Assembly (NCBI GenBank): GCA_963702095.1
Contig: OY969706.1
Span: 2,656,001 to 2,720,000, forward strand
DNA: 64,000 nucleotides
Source: Candidatus Bathyarchaeota archaeon
GTDB lineage: Archaea; Thermoproteota; Bathyarchaeia; Bathyarchaeales; Bathycorpusculaceae
Reading direction: 5' to 3'
This document shows, in pieces, positions 58,145-64,000 of the stretch. The position numbers were made by a program, and so were the translations under genes. How positions within the stretch are numbered: the stretch's first letter is position 1; the number at the start of each line of letters is the position of its first letter. The notes under the pieces were generated by a model that saw only the letters and a list, made by a program, of their open reading frames with translations, did not search any database and had not been told where the DNA came from.

Positions 58145-58372
58145 TGTAACCGACAAATCGGTGCCAAAAAAGTTGGTGTCAATTACAAACGCCTTATGTA
58201 ACCCGACATTATTATATACAAGAGAACATACAGACAGCGATCGAGGTTAAAAAATGTCGGGAACCGACATAAAAAAGCCAGAAACACGCGAAGACTTTTT
58301 AAAAATGCTCATTGAAGCTGCAAAGAAAGAGGTAAACTCTAAAGGCAAGCCAGCAAAACCGACAGTTGTCGG
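58145..58372. promoter_or_regulatory. Cluster of CGACA/TGTC motifs around the fae-hps promoter and 5' end
   Basis: TGTAACCGACA 58145, TGTCAATTACA 58177, TGTAACCCGACA 58197, ATGTCGG-GAA-CCGACAT 58254, CCGACA-GT-TGTCGG 58359. Confidence 0.5.
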
Positions 58373-59693
58373 AACAGCCAAAGAAATTAACATCCACAGA
58401 GACACACTTTACTCCTGGCTAAAAGAGTTTAATGTCGATTATAAGGAGATATTAGATCGTATGCCGACAAAACATGAGGACAAAAAAGAAAATTCAGGCC
58501 CAGTCTACTTGATTGGTGAATCATTAGTTGGGGAAGGAAACGAAGTTGCACACATAGACCTTATGATAGGCGACAAGAACGGACCAATCGGTCAAGCCTT
58601 CGCAAACGGTATGGCAAGCCTATCCGCGGGGCACACGCCGCTCCTCGCTGTCATCCGCCCTAACCTGCCGCCCAAGCCATACACACTAATTGTCCCAAAA
58701 GTCACCGTTAAAAACATGGAGGACACCGGCAAAATCTTCGGTCCAGCGCAGGCAGCAGTCGCAAAAGCCATCGCTGACTCAGCCGAAGAAGGCGTATTAC
58801 CAGTCGATAAACTCGACGATTGGGTCATCATCTGCAGTGTCTTCATCCACCCAAAAGCCACTGACTACCGCAAGATCTACCAGTACAACTACGGCGCAAC
58901 AAAGATGGCGCTACAACGTGCACTAAATAAGTATCCTTCACTGGAAAAAATCATTTACGACAAAGACCGTGCAAAACACCCGATCATGGGCTTCAAGGTT
59001 CCACGGTTATGGAGACCACCGTACCTCCAGATTGCGCTTGACGCACCCTCATTGGAAGGCGCAAAGAAAGTCATAGAGCAATTGCCGGGAAGCGACAGAA
59101 TCATAATTGAAGTCGGAACCCCACTCATTAAACGCTACGGCACACGCGCAATCGGTGAATTACGAACAGTAGCCAAAGACAAATTCATCATAGCCGACCT
59201 CAAAACCCTTGACGTAGGCAAAGTCGAAGCTGACATCGCCTATGAAGACACAGCAGACGCAGTCGTCGCAGCAGGTTTAGCGCCTCCAGAAACCCTTGAC
59301 GCAACCGTACAAGAAGCCAAGCGCCTAGGAATCTACGGAGTCATCGACATGCTAAACGTAGAGGATGTCCTCGCTAAGCTGAAGTCGCTAAAAGAATTCC
59401 CAGATATCGTCATTTTGCATCGAGGCATCGACCAAGAAAGCGGCAGAACCTGCGGTTTAGAACGCATACAGATGATCCGCAAAGCATTCCCCAACAAGAA
59501 ACTCCTCATCGCAGTCGCAGGCGGCATCATCCCCGAAACAGCTAAAGAAGCACTTGAACAGGGCGCAGACATAATCATCGTCGGCAGATATGTCACACAG
59601 AGCAGAGACATCGAACGGTCAGTGCGAGACTTCCTTGAATTGACGCCTTCAATGCGTGAAGACATCGACCTCTACAGAGTCCACACCGAATAA
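58254..59693 (+). CDS. fae-hps: Bifunctional formaldehyde-activating enzyme / 3-hexulose-6-phosphate synthase with N-terminal HTH extension
   Basis: IGE.LVG.GNEVAH.DL, GH.PLLAV..PN, FGPAQ.AVA; YLQIALD, EVGTPL.K..G, DLKT.D.G. Confidence 0.9.
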   Translation: MSGTDIKKPETREDFLKMLIEAAKKEVNSKGKPAKPTVVGTAKEINIHRDTLYSWLKEFNVDYKEILDRMPTKHEDKKENSGPVYLIGESLVGEGNEVAHIDLMIGDKNGPIGQAFANGMASLSAGHTPLLAVIRPNLPPKPYTLIVPKVTVKNMEDTGKIFGPAQAAVAKAIADSAEEGVLPVDKLDDWVIICSVFIHPKATDYRKIYQYNYGATKMALQRALNKYPSLEKIIYDKDRAKHPIMGFKVPRLWRPPYLQIALDAPSLEGAKKVIEQLPGSDRIIIEVGTPLIKRYGTRAIGELRTVAKDKFIIADLKTLDVGKVEADIAYEDTADAVVAAGLAPPETLDATVQEAKRLGIYGVIDMLNVEDVLAKLKSLKEFPDIVILHRGIDQESGRTCGLERIQMIRKAFPNKKLLIAVAGGIIPETAKEALEQGADIIIVGRYVTQSRDIERSVRDFLELTPSMREDIDLYRVHTE

Positions 59694-59731
59694 ACCCATC
59701 TTGAGCGTTATTACGTTTGCCACATTTTCTT

Positions 59732-60991
59732 TTATTTTGAAGCTTTTATTGAGATAAAGGCAACCAGAAAAATCACAGCGGTAATTACGAAAATTGGGAT
59801 ATAGACGTATTGGTTGGGCAGGAACTTGAAGTAGTTGGCGAGGAAGGGGCCGGTAAACGCGCCTACTGCTGCGCCTAAACCGACCATGCCGTCGAAGAAG
59901 CCTGCTTTTCCTTGAGGGATAATCTCCATCGAAAGCGAAAGCATCATAATATAGTACATTGCAAAGGCAAAACCCAAGAGGACAAGTAGCATGCAAGTAA
60001 AGAGGGTTGGTTCGATGGCGAACCAAACTACTCCGACCAAGGCAAACAATAGAAGGCCTCGTAACAGTATGAATCGGGGCATCTGTCTTCGTATGTTAAT
60101 GCTGGATGCTCGGCCGCTAATCAGGAAGTAGCCAGCTAAAGCCCCAACAGAGCTGAAGATATAGGCTAGGTACACAAACTGCTGTTGCCCCCCAAATAAG
60201 TCTCTTAAGTATATTGGCAGAGGCGTAAAGAAGAGGCTGGTTGCAAGAGAAAACAGGACTATCGCAAACGCAAAACCTACAAAGCTATCCCGTTTTAGGG
60301 AACCCTTCCAGCGTTTTCCATCCATCAGCCTAGCGGAACCTTCAAGGCCGCGGTGGGTATAATCGAGGCTTCTCTCTATGCCCACGAGGCGACGCTCAAA
60401 AATCATCAATGGATCAGCAATCAAGACCACAGCGGATATAAACGCGACGACGCTCAGGGCACTACAAATATACAGGGTATAAGTTGCCAATATTGAAAAT
60501 TGAATTGCAGTTGCAAACAGAAACATGCCGATTGCTAAGCCCGCGATGAAACCAACTTCTGTTATTCCCTCATATAATCCAAAGGAGCGTTCCCAGTCTG
60601 TGCGGCTGTAATGCTCTGTAATGAGGATGTTTTTTGGGGATTCATGGGCTACGTGAAGCATCTGCATGATTACATAGAGGACTACGAAAACGATGAGGTT
60701 CTGGGAGAAGGGCAAAGTCATGAGAAAGAGAATGAGGGCTATTGAACCGAAAGAAAGCAGAATGAACGCTTTGTAATGCCTTGTTTTATCACAGAGGTAA
60801 CCCCACAGAAAAGAAGCGGGAATAGAGCAGAAGATAGCAATCGAAGTCATAACGCCCAAAGCAAGCATGGGTCCACCTAAGATGCTTGTGTCCTGAAAAA
60901 CCACCACGTATAGCGGTATGAAGACAGTAAGTAACCCAAAGGCTACATCGTGGAAGAGGAACCCAAGCCGCCACATAGCCAAACACCACAC
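59732..60991 (-). CDS. MFS transporter
   Basis: About 12 TM; WG.L.D...K motif. Confidence 0.85.
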   Translation of the reverse strand: MWCLAMWRLGFLFHDVAFGLLTVFIPLYVVVFQDTSILGGPMLALGVMTSIAIFCSIPASFLWGYLCDKTRHYKAFILLSFGSIALILFLMTLPFSQNLIVFVVLYVIMQMLHVAHESPKNILITEHYSRTDWERSFGLYEGITEVGFIAGLAIGMFLFATAIQFSILATYTLYICSALSVVAFISAVVLIADPLMIFERRLVGIERSLDYTHRGLEGSARLMDGKRWKGSLKRDSFVGFAFAIVLFSLATSLFFTPLPIYLRDLFGGQQQFVYLAYIFSSVGALAGYFLISGRASSINIRRQMPRFILLRGLLLFALVGVVWFAIEPTLFTCMLLVLLGFAFAMYYIMMLSLSMEIIPQGKAGFFDGMVGLGAAVGAFTGPFLANYFKFLPNQYVYIPIFVITAVIFLVAFISIKASK

Positions 60992-61118
60992 ACAGGAGAG
61001 ATTAAAACGTTTACTAGCTCAGTAACAGAATACGCTTGAAATCTTCTTTTCAGCGATTAAGCCAAAAAGAAGCTATTGCTGGATAAAGCTGAAATATTGA
61101 TACAAATATTACTTAGCC

Positions 61119-62255
61119 ATGGGAGATGTTGGCAAACCTTTTATCATCAGTTCTAAATTTAAGAGGCTAATACTAGTTACAACTCTGATTGGCTACGCAG
61201 CACTGATTTTTTATCTCCTCTACGTCGTGGGTATAACCCAGCTAATCAGTGTCATCCAAGAAGCAAACCCAGCATTCTACCTGATAGCCATTCTAAGTCT
61301 CATCGTTTCTATATTCTTCAACACTATCGTTTGGCGTCAACTTCTCAGTTCCCTTCAAATCAAAATTAGCCTGGGCAGGGCATTCAAACTGTACTGGGTC
61401 GGCATATTTGTAGACAACCTCATTCCCGGCGGCTGGTCAGGCGACCTCTTCAAGGCTTACCTGCTAAACAAGGACCCAAACATACAAAGCGGCAAAGCAG
61501 TCGCGTCTGTAGTCGCCAAAAACATGTATGAAGCCATATTCAACCTCGGCGGCATGATAATTGCACTTGCCCTTCTGCTATTGAACTACCGCTTGGAAAC
61601 TTCGCTGCTGATAGGTTTAGGCGGCATAATGCTGCTTCTCACGTTGCCGCTGGTAGCGCTGTTGCTAGCCAGTTTTAAACCAGTAGCAGCCAAAAAACTT
61701 GTAGGCCAATTCTTCAACGCATTAAGACGCATCTACAAAAACCCAGCCACTCTCACCAGCGTTGAAGACAAAGTGGACAAAGCCTTAGGCGACTACCACG
61801 ACGGCATGAATATCCTGCTTAAGAACCCCCACATGCTCATTAAACCCGTCATCTTCTCTTTTCTAGGCTGGTGCTTCGAAATCATCACCCTGCTCTTCGT
61901 GTTTGCTTCGCTTGCACAGTTAATTCCAATAGACAAAGTCATAATTGTTCACTCAATCGCAGGCAATGTGGAAGCGCAAGGATACGCTTTTATCGGCTAT
62001 GCCCAGATCATAACCAGCGAAATCTACCGTGCACTCGGCGTATCCTTTGCCGTCGGTGCTTCGGTGGCGCTTTTGGGTGGTGTTGTGATTTTCTTTTTGA
62101 AAACTGCCATTGCCTATACCACATTCCACTTTACCGTCATCTCGCCTAGAAACGGCAATCACCAGAAGGGCAGCGTGCAAAGTTCCACTTCAAAAGGCGA
62201 AGTGAAAGTTAACCAGCCGTTGTCTCCTGAGCAGGAAAATATAGAAGCGACATAG
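61119..62255 (+). CDS. Lysylphosphatidylglycerol-synthase-TM / flippase-like (UPF0104) protein
   Basis: W..LL, G.F.D.L.P...SGD..KAY; multi-TM. Confidence 0.8.
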   Translation: MGDVGKPFIISSKFKRLILVTTLIGYAALIFYLLYVVGITQLISVIQEANPAFYLIAILSLIVSIFFNTIVWRQLLSSLQIKISLGRAFKLYWVGIFVDNLIPGGWSGDLFKAYLLNKDPNIQSGKAVASVVAKNMYEAIFNLGGMIIALALLLLNYRLETSLLIGLGGIMLLLTLPLVALLLASFKPVAAKKLVGQFFNALRRIYKNPATLTSVEDKVDKALGDYHDGMNILLKNPHMLIKPVIFSFLGWCFEIITLLFVFASLAQLIPIDKVIIVHSIAGNVEAQGYAFIGYAQIITSEIYRALGVSFAVGASVALLGGVVIFFLKTAIAYTTFHFTVISPRNGNHQKGSVQSSTSKGEVKVNQPLSPEQENIEAT

Positions 62256-62382
62256 TTACTAGGAGAGTTAGTCTTGGTTGACCATTGCGGAAATGTTTAT
62301 TTCTGATGTTTTAGGGGTTCTAAAGATAAATACTTAATAGAGAGAGCATCCAAGTTGATACTCCGCTGGAGAGTAAATAAGA

Positions 62383-62787
62383 ATGGCAAAGTTCAAAGTC
62401 ATAGTTTCCGACCCTCAATCGGGAGCATCCAAAGTTGTAGAGCTTGAAGAAGCACGCGCAAGCCCCTTCATCGGAAGAAAAATAGGCGACACATTAGACG
62501 GCACAGTCGTCGATTTACCAGCACACAAAGTGCAAGTCATGGGCGGCTCAGACAACGACGGCATCCCCATGCGCCCAAACGTTCACGGCGGTATACGCCG
62601 AAGCGTCGTTATCAGCGGCGGAGCAGGCTTTAGCCCCAAAAGGAAAGGCGAACGCAAACGCAAAACTGTCCGCGGCGACACAATTACAGACGAAATCGGA
62701 CAGATTAACATGAAAATCGTGGAGCGACCAGCCGGAGCAGCGCCGATTCCACTACCGGCTAAGCAGGTGCAGGCGCCTCAACAATAA
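62383..62787 (+). CDS. rps6e: 30S ribosomal protein S6e
   Basis: FKV.VSDP, GGSD.DG.PM and GER.RK.VRG. Confidence 0.96.
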   Translation: MAKFKVIVSDPQSGASKVVELEEARASPFIGRKIGDTLDGTVVDLPAHKVQVMGGSDNDGIPMRPNVHGGIRRSVVISGGAGFSPKRKGERKRKTVRGDTITDEIGQINMKIVERPAGAAPIPLPAKQVQAPQQ

Positions 62788-62880
62788 TTTTCTGTTGCAG
62801 TGCATGCTTAAACCTTATAAACAGCCATCCTCAATTCCTTTTATTCAGTCCAGTGTTTATCTAAAGAGAAGAAGAATACT

Positions 62881-64000
62881 ATGAGTAACGCATCTAAGGC
62901 CCTTCCAAAACAGCCAGAAGTCAACATCGGCACCATTGGGCATGTTGACCACGGCAAAACCACCCTTGTCCAAGCTTTATCTGGCACATGGGCTTCACGG
63001 CACAGTGAAGAACTCAAACGCGGCATCACCATTAAACTGGGCTACGCTGACATGCCCATCTACAAATGCCCCAAATGCCCTCCGCCAAAGAACTTCACGA
63101 TTCACCCAGTCTGCGAAGGGTGCGGCACACAAGCCGAGTTCGTCCGCGCAATCAGCTTCGTCGATGCCCCCGGCCACGAAGCGTTGATGGCAACTATGCT
63201 CTCAGGCGCAGCCATCATGGACGGCGCGATACTTGTCATCGCAGCAGATGAACCCTGCCCCCAGCCTCAGACGCGTGAACATCTTGCAGCTGCTGAAGTC
63301 AGCGGCATCAAAAACATCATTGTTGTACAGAACAAAATCGACATCGTTGACCAGAAACGGGCAATGGAGAGTTACAAGGAAATCAAGGCTTTTGTGAAAG
63401 GCACAGTAGCAGAGAACGCCCCCATTATCCCGATTTCGGCGCAGCGGAACATAAACATCGATGTGCTCCTAGACGCCATACAAGCAATCATTCCTACACC
63501 GCACAGGGACCCGAACTTGCCGCCGCTTATGTACATTATCCGCTCCTTTGACATCAACAAGCCAGGCACAACCATCGAGGAATTGGGAGGCGGCATCATC
63601 GGCGGCACCATTGCACAGGGCAAATTCGTCGTCGGAGAAGAAATCGAAATCCGCCCAGGCATCATGTCGGAACGTGAAGGCAAAACCGTTTATGACCCAC
63701 TCGTCAGTGAAATCGTCAGCCTCCACGCCGGCGAACAAAGCGTTAAAGAAGCCACATGCGGCGGACTCGTCGGCGTCGGCACACTGCTCGATCCCTCTTA
63801 CTCCAAAGCAGACGGTTTAACAGGCAGCATCGCAGGCAAAACCGGTCAACTGCCCCCTACAGTGACAGAGCTAACGCTGGAAACACATGTCTTAGAACGC
63901 GTCGTCGGCACCAAAGAACTGCAGAAAGTGGAAAAAATTAATCCGGACGAGGCGTTGCTGCTTCACATCGGCGCCGCAGTGAACGTGGGCAAAGTTATCT
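62881..64000 (+). CDS. eif2g: Translation initiation factor aIF2 gamma, runs off the window end
   Basis: [42 protein letters not shown] and QNKID. Confidence 0.96.
   Translation, partial: MSNASKALPKQPEVNIGTIGHVDHGKTTLVQALSGTWASRHSEELKRGITIKLGYADMPIYKCPKCPPPKNFTIHPVCEGCGTQAEFVRAISFVDAPGHEALMATMLSGAAIMDGAILVIAADEPCPQPQTREHLAAAEVSGIKNIIVVQNKIDIVDQKRAMESYKEIKAFVKGTVAENAPIIPISAQRNINIDVLLDAIQAIIPTPHRDPNLPPLMYIIRSFDINKPGTTIEELGGGIIGGTIAQGKFVVGEEIEIRPGIMSEREGKTVYDPLVSEIVSLHAGEQSVKEATCGGLVGVGTLLDPSYSKADGLTGSIAGKTGQLPPTVTELTLETHVLERVVGTKELQKVEKINPDEALLLHIGAAVNVGKVI

Noticed and set aside
1-64000. Autonomous IS, provirus, rRNA or CRISPR array
   Set aside because: No transposase, integrase, capsid, rRNA-like or regularly spaced repeat sequence recognised.

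Overview
Archaeal chromosomal DNA, most consistent with Bathyarchaeia. This is inferred from gene content (rpoP, rps6e, aIF2-gamma, RFC, Taw1, CofE, FrhB-like, Fae-Hps, CooC) and is not a database result. Most of the window is housekeeping and metabolism: argS, cysK/cysE, guaA, a sugar-nucleotide cluster, a Zn/Mn ABC transporter, a NifX/IscU/P-loop-ferredoxin metal-cluster locus and tRNA-Leu(GAG). The best candidate for an undescribed system is at 24.5-29.7 kb. There, a sigma70-region-4-like HTH regulator with a palindrome beside its TATA box is followed by eight tightly coupled, otherwise unrelated membrane proteins. All eight begin with the same peptide, basic-helix-[FLI]-[RK]-G-W-[ILF]-P-[KS]-[ED]. 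Other notable items: (1) a mosaic intergenic repeat family with about 8 copies, several carrying GATCAAAA/TTTGATC inverted ends; (2) a degenerate tRNA-Leu 3'-half duplicate bracketing a VapBC islet; (3) a DUF6293/CARF-like regulator divergent from an unknown gene with a hidden topoisomerase-type Zn finger; (4) a Fae-Hps fused to an N-terminal HTH amid repeated CCGACA/TGTCGG motifs. Four frameshifts, one in guaA, suggest indel errors in the assembly. Family calls come from motif recognition only.
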